Positions 29,241 through 38,985 of a stretch of 64,000 nt of DNA are shown here, piece by piece. The DNA comes from Helicobacteraceae bacterium (lineage in GTDB: Bacteria; Campylobacterota; Campylobacteria; Campylobacterales; Helicobacteraceae). Numbering within the stretch: the first letter of the stretch is position 1; the number at the start of each line of letters is the position of its first letter. The stretch is taken from the NCBI GenBank assembly GCA_050874285.1, contig JBNMKJ010000002.1, positions 16,374 through 80,373 of the forward strand. Direction: 5' to 3'. A program made the position numbers and the translations under genes. The notes under the pieces are model-generated. The model had not been told where the DNA came from. It did not search any database and saw only the letters and a program-made list of their open reading frames with translations.

Positions 29241-30536
29241 TTATACATTTTTATAAAACTCCCTCACAATTTCCCTATCATCAAAAGGAATTTTTTCGCC
29301 ACCTATGATTTGGTAGGTTTCATCGCCTTTGCCAAGTATTAGCAAAATCTCATCATCGCCTAACGCGCTAAGCGCGTCTATTATGGCTTTTTTGCGATTC
29401 GCCTCTACCACGACTTTGTCTTTATTGCTAATTCCACCTAAAATCTCATTTATTATGTCTTCTGCGTTTTCATCGCGCGGATTGTCGCTTGTTAGGTAGA
29501 TTTTTTGTGCGTAGATTTCGGCGACTTTGCCCATTTTGGGGCGTTTTGTCCTATCGCGATTCCCACCTGCGCCAAAAAGTGCGACTATTTTTGCGCCCAA
29601 AAACGCCTCAAAGACATTTTTCATTCCCTCCGCCGTGTGCGCGAAATCGACTATCACAAGCGGTTTTTTATGCACCACTTGCAATCGCCCCTCCACACCG
29701 CCAAATTCGCCAAGCGACTGCGCGATTTGCTCCAAGCTCACGCTACTAAGCACGATTCGCACTGCCGCGATTGCAGCGATGATATTGTAGAGATTATACT
29801 TGCCTGTGAGGTTTGATTCGATGCTGACGCGCGTGAAAGATTTGGCACGAAAGTCATTCCACGAAATCATCGCGTGGATATTTGGGTGCAGACCAAACGC
29901 CTCGACTTTTAGATTCGCGGTGTTTTCTATGCCGTAAGTGTAGGCATTTACGGGGTTGAATCGCGCGAGTTCGCAGTCTTTATTGATAAGTTTTGCGCCC
30001 TCATCGGTAAAAAACGCATTTTTTGTCTCAATATAATTTTCCAAAGTTTTATGAAAGTCCAAGTGGTCGCTTTGGATATTTGTCAAAATCTTTAGGGCAA
30101 ATTCCAGCCCCTCCACGCGCTTTTGGGCGATTGCGTGTGAGCTGACTTCCATTATCACAAAATCGCACTGCGCCTTTGAGGCAATGTGGATAAAATTATA
30201 CAGCTCAAGCAAAGTGGGCGTGGTAAGCCCCTTTGGCGCGATATTTTCATCATTCATAAAAACCCCGCGAGTGCCTATTAGCATAGCTTTGCGCCCAAGC
30301 GTCAAAAGCATAGAGTAAATGCAACTCGCAGTCGTTGTCTTGCCGTTTGTCCCCGTAATGCCGATGATTTTGGGCGTGTGGAGCAAATATTTTTTTAGCT
30401 CTAAAGGCGCGATGACTTTGCAGCTAAGGTTTTGTGCGTATTTTTCATTTAACGCCGTTTTTACAAAAATGCTATTTTCATCGATTTCACTCGTGTTGTC
30501 CGTGATATTTGCGCCGTTTTCTAGTGTGATTTTCAT
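29241..30536 (-). CDS. murE: UDP-MurNAc-tripeptide synthetase
   Basis: GITGTNGKTT, MEVSSHA, VEGRLQ, VDFAHT, FGAGGNRD, DNPR, GKGDETYQ. Confidence 0.96.
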   Translation of the reverse strand: MKITLENGANITDNTSEIDENSIFVKTALNEKYAQNLSCKVIAPLELKKYLLHTPKIIGITGTNGKTTTASCIYSMLLTLGRKAMLIGTRGVFMNDENIAPKGLTTPTLLELYNFIHIASKAQCDFVIMEVSSHAIAQKRVEGLEFALKILTNIQSDHLDFHKTLENYIETKNAFFTDEGAKLINKDCELARFNPVNAYTYGIENTANLKVEAFGLHPNIHAMISWNDFRAKSFTRVSIESNLTGKYNLYNIIAAIAAVRIVLSSVSLEQIAQSLGEFGGVEGRLQVVHKKPLVIVDFAHTAEGMKNVFEAFLGAKIVALFGAGGNRDRTKRPKMGKVAEIYAQKIYLTSDNPRDENAEDIINEILGGISNKDKVVVEANRKKAIIDALSALGDDEILLILGKGDETYQIIGGEKIPFDDREIVREFYKNV

Positions 30537-30556
30537 TGTGGATTCCTTAAAAAAAT

Positions 30557-31162
30557 CTATGAATCTTTATTATTTTTAGAATCTTTTTCCATTTTTTCTA
30601 ATGCCTTTTTCAAAATCCCCTGAATCTTGCTGTCATAGATTATATCGCCCTCCAGCGTTTCGATATATTGCAGTGAAATATGTGGCAAGTCATTTTCTAC
30701 CAGCAAGTCCAAAAACTCCACGAAATCGCCCTTATTTGTGAAAACAATCTTTGTGCTAAACATAGCGTATTCAAAGATTTTCTTAAAGCTACTCGCGCTT
30801 ACCATTTTCTTAAAATCGCTATACAAAATGCCGTCAATATCATTGATTCGCGCTTCCTCAAAGTCATTTACAAGCGTGGCGAAATGATTCGTATTTTTAT
30901 CCAAAAGATTGATGATATTTAGGATATTGTCGTCCGCACCACTAATTTCTTGGAGTTTTAAGATTTGATAATATTCAAAGAGTTTTTGCGCTTGTTCCTC
31001 ATTTTCCACCGCGACATCACTTAAAAGCACACCGATTTTTGCCTCTTTGTTTTCGTCATCTTCTAGCACGACATCGTTATATAATCGCAGTGAAAGCCCG
31101 TAGTCCTTTGCCAAAAACGCCTTTTTTGCTTTTGATAATTTCGCTAGTGTTTTTCTATCCAA
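30557..31162 (-). CDS. conserved hypothetical helical (TPR-like) protein between nifU and murE
   Basis: Conserved Helicobacter position; start moved to TTG after aagga, because the ORF-track N-terminus is translated repeat DNA. Confidence 0.65.
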   Translation of the reverse strand: MDRKTLAKLSKAKKAFLAKDYGLSLRLYNDVVLEDDENKEAKIGVLLSDVAVENEEQAQKLFEYYQILKLQEISGADDNILNIINLLDKNTNHFATLVNDFEEARINDIDGILYSDFKKMVSASSFKKIFEYAMFSTKIVFTNKGDFVEFLDLLVENDLPHISLQYIETLEGDIIYDSKIQGILKKALEKMEKDSKNNKDS

Positions 31163-31176
31163 ATTTGTCCTTTTTC

Positions 31177-31217
31177 TGTCATTGCGAGATTCGGCGAATG
31201 CCGAATCAAAGCAATCC
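31177..31217. repeat. CGTC-type palindromic repeat, single unit
   Basis: tgtcattgcga-gattcggc-gaat-gccgaatc-aaagcaatcc. Confidence 0.85.
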
Positions 31218-31231
31218 AAACAAAATAAATC

Positions 31232-31477
31232 CTAATTTACGCTCACCACTTCAATCTCAGGGTGAATCTCATTGCGCAATGTGCGCTCTATGCCGTTTTT
31301 AAGCGTATTATTGCTACTTGGACAGCCCTTACACGCGCCCTCTAGTCGCACAAAAACCTTGCCCTCTTTTATACTATCAAGCGTGATATTTCCGCCATCA
31401 AGCAAAATGCTAGGACGAAGTCGCTCTAGCACACTCTCCACAGGCTCTAAAAGCTCCTCATCGCTAAAAATCATCAT
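31232..31477 (-). CDS. NifU C-terminal (Nfu) Fe-S scaffold
   Basis: LRPSILLDGGNI, LEGACKGCPSS CxxC motif. Confidence 0.92.
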   Translation of the reverse strand: MMIFSDEELLEPVESVLERLRPSILLDGGNITLDSIKEGKVFVRLEGACKGCPSSNNTLKNGIERTLRNEIHPEIEVVSVN

Positions 31478-31594
31478 CTCTATTCTCCCTAATTTTTGGG
31501 TAATTCTAGCATAAAAATGTCAAATCATATTTACGATTTTACAATAATCTTAATATTCTCCACACGATAAGACGATATTTTAAGGATTCATAGT

Positions 31595-32163
31595 GGATTG
31601 CTTCGTCAGCTTCGCTTCCTTGCAATGACAATATGGCAGATTATTCGTCATTGCAAGATAATCTTTGATGTGCCAAAGCAATTTAGTTTGCTCCGTCATT
31701 GCGAGAATTGCCTTTAGGCAAGGCGAAGCAATCTAAAAACAATATAAATTACCACGACTTGACTGCGTCAAGTCTCACAATGATAAGAAAAGAATCATTA
31801 TCACACAGACAAAGCCAAAATCAATTTGCCTCCACTTTGTCATTGCGATGGCTTACCCGAAGCAAAATTCATATTTTACAATTCTAGTATAAGTTAATGA
31901 AATAGATTGTTTCGTTGTTTTTGCCAACGCTCAAACTACTTCACAATGACGATTCAAGGCACCACTTCGTCATTGCGAGACTTGCCTCTAGGCAAGGCGA
32001 AGCAATCCACAAACGCAAATAAATATATAGGCTACAATATTGCAAATAAAACCAAACGGATTGCTTTGGTCGCGTTGCGATTCTCACAATAACGATTTTT
32101 GTCCATCCACTTTGCCTTATTCACAATGACGAAGTGGCATTAGCTTTGTTGCATTGCAATGAC
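31595..32163. repeat. array of about 8 full and 2 partial CGTC-type palindromic units in mixed orientation
   Basis: Units at about 31595, 31646, 31694, 31746, 31838, 31904, 31968 and 32058; 31694 and 31968 are nearly identical. Confidence 0.85.
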
Positions 32164-32218
32164 TATGCAAGTGAGCCATTTCGTATTCGTGTCGAATCTC
32201 ACACTAACAAAACCTACC

Positions 32219-33391
32219 CTACTTTTTGCCCTTTATTTTCTCTATCCATTCTTTGAGCGTTTTTTCAAAGCCTGTGTCGCTAAATTCCACGAATTTTGCA
32301 TTCACATTTTTGGGCAAATATCTTTGCTCCACAAATCCGCCAAATTCGCCCTTGCTATCGTGCGGATAGCGGTAGTTTTTGCTAAATGGCTTGATATGTT
32401 CGGGTATTTCAAGCGTGGGGTGCGCTTTGACAAAATCTAATGCCTTGTCGATTGCCTTATAAGCGGTGTTTGACTTGGGCGAGGCACACAGATATAGCAC
32501 ACATTGCGCCAAAATTATGCGCGATTCGGGCATTCCTATCTTTGAAACGCTCTGCATTGTGCTGTTTGCGAGATTTAGCGCGTTTGGATTCGCGTTGCCT
32601 ATGTCCTCACTCGCTAAAATCACAAGCCTCCGCGCGATAAATTCCACGCTCTCACCCGCGCTAAGCAGACGCGCCAAGTAATAAATACTCGCATTTTCAT
32701 CGCTCCCGCGAATGCTCTTTATCATCGCGCTAATTAGCTCATAATGCGTGTTTGATTCGCCCACGCCCTCGCTATTTGGCTTGATTTGGCGGAGCGATTT
32801 TAAACTCAAATTTTCCCCCGCGATTTGCAAAAGATTTAGCATAGCCCTCGCATCGCCGTTGCACGAATCTAACAAGTAATCCCGCGCGTCTTTTTCAATG
32901 CTAAAATTACGCGCCTTTAGGCGCGAATCAAGGATTTCGCTTAGCTCACTTCGACTAAGCGCGTGAAATTCAAATATGAGCGAACGAGAGCGAATTGCGC
33001 TGGTTAGGGCAAAGTAAGGATTTTGTGTAGATGCGCCGATGAAAATCGCGCTAAAATCCTCCATAAAAGGTAGCAAAACTTCCTGCTGTGCCTTATTTAG
33101 ACGATGAATCTCATCGATAAAAATTAGTGGCTTAGCGATTGAATCCTTCGCATTTGCGACACATTTGCGCAATTCATCAATTTTTAGCGAAGTGGCGTTA
33201 AACTCAAAAAATTCCATTGCGAGTTCGTTACTCAAAATCCGCGCAAGGCTCGTTTTGCCACAGCCCGGCGGTCCAAAGAAAAATAGATGAATGAGATTTT
33301 TTGATTCAATCATTTTGGTAATGGGCGCATTTGCGCCAAGCAGGTGCTTTTGCCCGATAAATTCGCTTAGATTTTTTGGCTTTTGGTGCAT
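32219..33391 (-). CDS. rarA: replication-associated recombination protein A (MgsA/RarA AAA+ ATPase)
   Basis: GPPGCGKT, FIDEIHRLNKAQQ, ISAMIKSIRGSD, ASEDIGNANP, YRYPHD. Confidence 0.95.
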   Translation of the reverse strand: MHQKPKNLSEFIGQKHLLGANAPITKMIESKNLIHLFFFGPPGCGKTSLARILSNELAMEFFEFNATSLKIDELRKCVANAKDSIAKPLIFIDEIHRLNKAQQEVLLPFMEDFSAIFIGASTQNPYFALTSAIRSRSLIFEFHALSRSELSEILDSRLKARNFSIEKDARDYLLDSCNGDARAMLNLLQIAGENLSLKSLRQIKPNSEGVGESNTHYELISAMIKSIRGSDENASIYYLARLLSAGESVEFIARRLVILASEDIGNANPNALNLANSTMQSVSKIGMPESRIILAQCVLYLCASPKSNTAYKAIDKALDFVKAHPTLEIPEHIKPFSKNYRYPHDSKGEFGGFVEQRYLPKNVNAKFVEFSDTGFEKTLKEWIEKIKGKK

Positions 33392-33413
33392 TTTGTTTTT
33401 CCTTTTTTTATTT

Positions 33414-33794
33414 GGATTGCTTCGTCAACTTCGCTTCCTCGCAATGACGAGTGGGACAATTCCACGCTTTCGCGTAGAATCTCGTAATGATAATTAGGCA
33501 TACGATTCTACGAATCAAACTTGCGATTCTATCAAATTTCTACACTTTTTAGATTCGAGTATTTTGCCACTAAATATTTAGGAGAATAGAAGCCATCAAT
33601 AGTTGTTTGTTTTCGTCAAAATTTATTTTATATAGATTTTTAAAATGAAATGCGCGATTGTATAAATTGTTTTACAATGATGACTCTCTACATTGTCATT
33701 GCGAGATTTTGCGTAGCAAAATCGTGGCAATCCAAAAAATCAAGCAAATTCACAAGTGGATTGCTTCATTTCACTTCGTGCGCCTCGCAATAAC
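33414..33794. repeat. CGTC-type palindromic repeats between rarA and hspR
   Basis: Reverse unit 33414-33449, degenerate unit about 33458-33491, inverted doublet 33694-33794. Confidence 0.8.
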
Positions 33795-33888
33795 AAATAA
33801 AATATGATTTGATTCTACGATTCGCCACAGCATTGACGAATCAAAATGTGATTCCGCTAAAGTCTACGCATTTATTTTATGCTCAAAC

Positions 33889-34239
33889 TCACTTTTTAAA
33901 AATGATGACATCATAGGAATTGCGCTTTACACTGACATTGCTAGAGCTTTGTGAGTGCTGTTGCTGGAGATTTTCAATGGTTATATCTAGCTCATCTAGC
34001 TTATCTTTTAGGCGCAGGATTATATCCACACCTGCTAGATTCACGCCCAAATCACGCGTGAGGCGCAAAATCACTTTGATTTTATCAATGTCTTTTTGCG
34101 AGTAAAGGCGCATTTTGCCGTCCGTCCTGCTTGGCTCAATTAGCCCCTCTTTTTCGTATTGACGCAAAGTCTGCGGGTGAATGGATAGGATTTTTGCCAC
34201 CACGCTTATCAAAAATACAGGTTCTTCGTAGCTATACAT
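33889..34239 (-). CDS. hspR: heat-shock transcriptional repressor HspR (MerR family)
   Basis: YEEPVFLISVVAKILSIHPQTLRQYEKEGLIEPSRTDGKMRLYS; follows cbpA. Confidence 0.95.
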   Translation of the reverse strand: MYSYEEPVFLISVVAKILSIHPQTLRQYEKEGLIEPSRTDGKMRLYSQKDIDKIKVILRLTRDLGVNLAGVDIILRLKDKLDELDITIENLQQQHSQSSSNVSVKRNSYDVIIFKK

Positions 34240-34252
34240 TTTGCTCCCCTTT

Positions 34253-35152
34253 TTAATCTGGTAATTTTTTGAGTGCTTCCACAAGCGCGGAATCTAGGCT
34301 TTCCACAAGCGGATTTTCAATATTTGCGATAAGATACAAATCGCCAATCACACTATTTTTGCGATTTTTTAGCCCCTGCTCTTTGACGCGAAATTTTTGG
34401 TTATTTTTCGTATTTTGCGGAATGGTTAGGGTAACTTCTTTATAAGGCGTTTGCACTTTCACTTTGCCCCCAAAGAGCGCGGTTTTTAGCGGAATGGCGA
34501 TGCGTTTTGTGAGCGCGTCATCTTTTATTTCATATTCATTGCTTGGTGCGATATTTACGCGCAAAAACAAATCCCCCGCGCTATTTCGCCCCCTTTTGCC
34601 CTTGCCTTTGACGCGGAGTTTTTCGCCACTTTTGATTCCAGCTGGAATCTTCACATCAAAATTGCCCTCCATATAGTGATAATTCCCGCCAAGCAGGGCA
34701 GATTCAAAAGGAATGGTAATGTCTTTTTGAATATCAAGCGATTCGCCAAAGTCCCCAAAGTCGCTAAACCCGCCAAATCCTCTATTTCCGCCAAAATTTC
34801 CGCTAGAAAAGCCACCACTTGAAAAGCCACCAAATCCGCCACTTCCGCCGAATCCTCCGCCAAAAATCTGGCTTAAAATGTCATCTAAATTTACGCTTTG
34901 ATTGCTTCGTGCAAAGTCGCTGAAATTTTGTCCGCCAAACATCGAATCGCCAAATTGGTCGTATTGTGCGCGTTTTTTCTCATCGCTCAAAATCTCGTAA
35001 GCTGCGTTAATCTCTTTGAATTTTTCCTCCGCGTCCTTTGCTTTGTTTATGTCGGGGTGATATTGCCTTGCTAGTTTGCGATAGGCTTTTTTGATTTCAT
35101 CTTGGGTGGCATTTTGCGCCACGCCTAGCGTTGTATATAGACTTTTTTCCAA
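34253..35152 (-). CDS. cbpA: DnaJ-class co-chaperone CbpA
   Basis: J-domain with HPD, G/F-rich region, DnaJ C-terminal domain, no zinc finger. Confidence 0.92.
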   Translation of the reverse strand: MEKSLYTTLGVAQNATQDEIKKAYRKLARQYHPDINKAKDAEEKFKEINAAYEILSDEKKRAQYDQFGDSMFGGQNFSDFARSNQSVNLDDILSQIFGGGFGGSGGFGGFSSGGFSSGNFGGNRGFGGFSDFGDFGESLDIQKDITIPFESALLGGNYHYMEGNFDVKIPAGIKSGEKLRVKGKGKRGRNSAGDLFLRVNIAPSNEYEIKDDALTKRIAIPLKTALFGGKVKVQTPYKEVTLTIPQNTKNNQKFRVKEQGLKNRKNSVIGDLYLIANIENPLVESLDSALVEALKKLPD

Positions 35153-35187
35153 AACTAAACTCCATTTTTATAATAAAATTAAGCGTA

Positions 35188-35222
35188 ATTATATCATAAA
35201 ACTTTATAGCTTTAGACTAAAG
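35188..35222 (-). promoter_or_regulatory. extended -10 promoter (TGnTATAAT) and HAIR-like HspR operator for cbpA-hspR-rarA
   Basis: Minus-strand TGATATAAT at 35196-35188; CTTTATA-N7-ACTAAAG at 35202-35222 has the 7-7-7 spacing of the HAIR consensus CTTGAGT-N7-ACTCAAG. Confidence 0.5.
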
Positions 35223-35245
35223 TTTTTTAAATGTGAGATTAAAAT

Positions 35246-35418
35246 AGATTGCTTCGTGCTATCGCACTCGCAATGACGATGTAGGGGAGTCGTCATTGAG
35301 AGAGTTGGCGAATTGCGTCCTTCTTTTGTCATTGCGAGTGAGTGAAACGAACGAAGCAATCCACAAATCGAAATTATGGTTTGAATTGCTTCGTATTCTA
35401 CGAATACTCGCAATGACA
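35246..35418. repeat. CGTC-type palindromic repeat cluster (3 full units and 1 degenerate)
   Basis: 35246-35278 reverse, 35291 degenerate, 35327-35362 forward, 35383-35418 reverse. Confidence 0.8.
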
Positions 35419-35535
35419 GGTTGTGTAAAGATTAAAACTAAAAATGTTAAACTTTACAAAATGCAGAATTACAACAAAGAGATTAAAATCACAGGTGACA
35501 AATCTGCACCAAGCGTAGATTTGCATTTTTAAGAT

Positions 35536-36182
35536 TTACCACTCAATAGTGCCACTTGTAGATAGTGGGATAATCCTATTGCCCCAATCACCACTACTTT
35601 GATATGAGGCTTTTAGCCCATCGCAAAAATCTCCTCTGCCTTTTTGTATATCCGTTTTATTTGTTTGTCCAAGGTTATTTGGAGCAAATATCATAAATCC
35701 ATTAAATACGCCAAGCATAGCTCCACAACCAGCCTTACCTGACGCTCCATTGCTTTGTATTACATTGCCGATAGGTTCAACGGCTCTATTTTCAAATGTC
35801 CCATTAAATGTAGTCCCAACATCTTGAGCCATTTGTCCAAATACGCCTGTGTTTCCACCACCAACTTTCCATCTATCTCCAGCGACACCACTAATCATTA
35901 GTATCCATTCGCCCCAAGGTGTTGTGAAGCCAGTTTGTTGGTCTGCTACTTTTTTGTTTGGGTCAGGTGCAAAGTTTGCTGCAGTGTCGATATTATCTGC
36001 AAATACTTTTGCTACGATTTGTTTTTGCATAGTGGAAGCATCGCTCCTTGCTGAAGCTATTTGAGCATCTGTCCTACTTGCAATGAATCTAGGCACAGCA
36101 ACCGCCGCCAAAACCCCTAGTATTACGATAACGAATACTAGCTCAATCATACTAAAACGCGTCTTTTTACATTTGCTCTCAT
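35536..36182 (-). pseudogene. prepilin-type N-terminal cleavage/methylation protein (pseudopilin) with a 1-nt frame break in the leader
   Basis: FSMIELVFVIVILGVLAAVAVPRF; the ATG after aaggag (36182) is 32 nt from the in-frame Met at 36150 and reads into TGA. Confidence 0.65.
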
Positions 36183-36363
36183 TTTATACTCCTTTTTGTT
36201 AGATTTTCTAAGAAAGCAAAACGCATTTTACCCTCCCCTAAATTAAATTTAGCTTAAATATAAAGTAAATATATTATTCTATAAAAAATACGAAGACATT
36301 AGAGTGGTAAGACGCGGAAATGAAAGTTTTTAATAAGTGATTGCTATTGTGATTTGTGCGTTT

Positions 36364-37338
36364 TCATTCGATGATTTCCTCCACAAAATATAGCGGTCTT
36401 CGTTTGGTTTCGCGGTAGATTTTGCCTATGTATTCGCCGATTATGCCTAGCCCTAAGAGCTGAATCCCGCCTAAGAAATACATTGAGACTACCATTGATG
36501 TCCAGCCGCTTACCGCCTCGCCCATTGCTTTTGTGATGAGTGCCCACACGCCCACGCAAAAGCTAAAAAGCGCGATTGTTGCGCCCATAAAGGTTAAGAT
36601 TCGCAGTGGTTTTACGCTAAAGCTAGTTATGCCGTCAATCGCAAAGCTAAGCATTTTTAAAAATGGATATTTGGATTGCCCTGCCACACGCGCGGAGCGT
36701 TTGTAATATAATTTAGTGGATTTAAATCCAAGCAATGGCACGATGCCACGCAGAAATAAATTTACCTCGCTAAATTCTAGTAAATGCCCTAGTGCGCGGT
36801 TTGATAGCAGTCGATAATCCGCGTGATTATACACAATATCTACGCCCAAAATTTTCATCAGCCGATAAAACGCAGTCGCGGTGAATCGCTTAAAAAAGCT
36901 ATCCTCTTTTCTATCATTGCGGACGCCATAGACCACCTCATAGCCACTTGCATAAGATTCTACGAATCTATCAAGCAAATTTATATCATCTTGCAAATCA
37001 CAATCCATACTCACCACGCAATCGCATTTATCTTTGGCGTAAGCTAATCCCGCGAGTAGCGCATTTTGGTGTCCTTTGTTTGTGCTTAGGCTCACAATCT
37101 GCATTAGCTTTGTTTTGTGCTTTTTTAGCAAGTCTAGCGTTGAATCTTTGCTTCCGTCATTTACAAAAATGATTTTGCTTTTTTTGCTAACCGCGCTACA
37201 ATCGATTAAATCTGTCATTTTTGCGCCAATTTTCTCCATACTTAGCTTGATAATCTCCTCTTCATTGTAGCAAGGAATCACTAAGTATAAAATAGGACTT
37301 GTTTTTATTTTTTTGATATTCTTTGCTGAATCTTTCAT
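36364..37338 (-). CDS. GT2 polyprenol-phosphate glycosyltransferase (GtrB/YkcC-like)
   Basis: VIPCYNEEE, VNDGSKDST, NKGHQNALLAG, MDCDLQDD, two C-terminal TM segments, GEYIGKIY. Confidence 0.92.
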   Translation of the reverse strand: MKDSAKNIKKIKTSPILYLVIPCYNEEEIIKLSMEKIGAKMTDLIDCSAVSKKSKIIFVNDGSKDSTLDLLKKHKTKLMQIVSLSTNKGHQNALLAGLAYAKDKCDCVVSMDCDLQDDINLLDRFVESYASGYEVVYGVRNDRKEDSFFKRFTATAFYRLMKILGVDIVYNHADYRLLSNRALGHLLEFSEVNLFLRGIVPLLGFKSTKLYYKRSARVAGQSKYPFLKMLSFAIDGITSFSVKPLRILTFMGATIALFSFCVGVWALITKAMGEAVSGWTSMVVSMYFLGGIQLLGLGIIGEYIGKIYRETKRRPLYFVEEIIE

Positions 37339-37422
37339 ATTTTGCTCCGTAATTTCACAAACATTTCACAAATATTTTATTAGAATTCCGCTTTGTAAAT
37401 ATTTAAAAATTAGGATAAATTT

Positions 37423-38985
37423 ATGAAAAATATCATTTTAGCAATTTTATTTAGTGTGTTTTTTGTGGCGTGTAGTGCGACTTACACAGAGGAAGCGTTG
37501 CGTGGCGATTTTCAAATGGAGAATTTTAGAAATGCTTATAGCCAAAGCGCGGAAAAGACAGATTCGCTATATGAAGTCTTTGATGATAGCGAGTTAAAAA
37601 GCCTGATTCGCACTGCGCTTAGCCAAAATAGCGATATTTTCATCTATGAGACGCGAATCAAATCCGCCGAATCGCAGGTGAGATTAGCCATTTCAAAGCA
37701 GATTCCTAGCATTGATGCGAGTGCAAGTTATAGCTACAATGGCGATTCGACAATCAATACGAGCCTTATGGCGTCTTGGGAGTTAGATATTTTTGGCAAA
37801 TATGCCTCTGCAACGGACGCGCAATATGAAAATCTATCCGTTGCCAAAAGCAATCTAAAATACTTTCAAATCTCGCTAATTAGCGACATTGCCCTAGCGT
37901 ATTTCAATCTCAAATATATGCAAAATAATATCATTGTTACCAAAGAGCGCATTGTGAATTACCGCGAAATGCTTAATATTATGGATTCAATGTATAAGGG
38001 CGGATTGGTTAGCTTTAGCGACTTTTTGGAGCGAAAAATGGATTTGCAAAGCGAGGAGCAAAGCCTAAATACGCTACTAAATGAATATGAGGCGCAGAAA
38101 AATGAGATTCGCGTGTTAATAAATAAGCGCGATTATGGCTTTAATGATGAGGGCGTTTTGGCAAAAGTCGATGATAATGCCTTGCAGGACGGATTTTACG
38201 GCGGACATTTTGATAATCTGCCCAATGCGGAAGTGCCAAATTTCAGCGTAAATCTTAGCTCAAGCGCGAATATCATTTTAAATCGCCCTGATATTTCCGC
38301 GCAAATTGCGTCTCTAAATGCCGCTGTGTATAATCTAAACTCCGCCAAAGCGCAAATGTATCCCACGCTAAATCTTAGCGGTTCGCTGGGCAAGGCATTT
38401 TTGCAACCTGCGGAATTTGTGTATAGTATCGTGGCAAGTTTGGCAATGCCACTCTTTTCGCGCTTTGAGATTTATGAAAATGTAAAAATCAGCGATTACA
38501 CGCGCTTAGAGGCTTATTATACGCTTCAAAAGGGCGTAAATACGGCGTTTAGCGAGATTGAAAATGCCATTTATTCGCTTGAGACAAATAAGGCGAATCT
38601 AAAAACGAGCTTTGAGATTCTCTCACAAAACAAGGAAGTTTTAGAGCTACTAAGTGAGAGTTTTAAACTTGGGCTAATTGACAGCGCGGAATATCTCTTA
38701 GCAATCAACAATCACCTTGCAATGGTGAAATCAAGCAACACCGCGCATTTTAACACCATTAGCGCGATAATTTATTTGTATCGCTCTATCGGTGGCAATG
38801 ATAACGATATAAAAATCGCAGATTCGGGCGAATCTGATGTGTATTCGAGTGCGAATCCAAGTGATTCGAGCGAATCAAGCGAATCTAATGCGGATTCAAA
38901 CACGAATCCTAGCGATTCAAGCGATTTAAATGGCGAATCCGCCGAATCTCAATCAAATTCAACAAAAGGACAAAACAATGAATAA
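37423..38985 (+). CDS. TolC/OprM family outer-membrane efflux lipoprotein with acidic Ser-rich tail
   Basis: Lipobox FVAC, ASWELDIFG, RPDISA, LYRSIGG. Confidence 0.9.
   Translation: MKNIILAILFSVFFVACSATYTEEALRGDFQMENFRNAYSQSAEKTDSLYEVFDDSELKSLIRTALSQNSDIFIYETRIKSAESQVRLAISKQIPSIDASASYSYNGDSTINTSLMASWELDIFGKYASATDAQYENLSVAKSNLKYFQISLISDIALAYFNLKYMQNNIIVTKERIVNYREMLNIMDSMYKGGLVSFSDFLERKMDLQSEEQSLNTLLNEYEAQKNEIRVLINKRDYGFNDEGVLAKVDDNALQDGFYGGHFDNLPNAEVPNFSVNLSSSANIILNRPDISAQIASLNAAVYNLNSAKAQMYPTLNLSGSLGKAFLQPAEFVYSIVASLAMPLFSRFEIYENVKISDYTRLEAYYTLQKGVNTAFSEIENAIYSLETNKANLKTSFEILSQNKEVLELLSESFKLGLIDSAEYLLAINNHLAMVKSSNTAHFNTISAIIYLYRSIGGNDNDIKIADSGESDVYSSANPSDSSESSESNADSNTNPSDSSDLNGESAESQSNSTKGQNNE

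Noticed and set aside
31595-32163. CRISPR array
   Set aside because: Repeats are imperfect, in mixed orientation and irregularly spaced, occur singly elsewhere, and no cas genes are present
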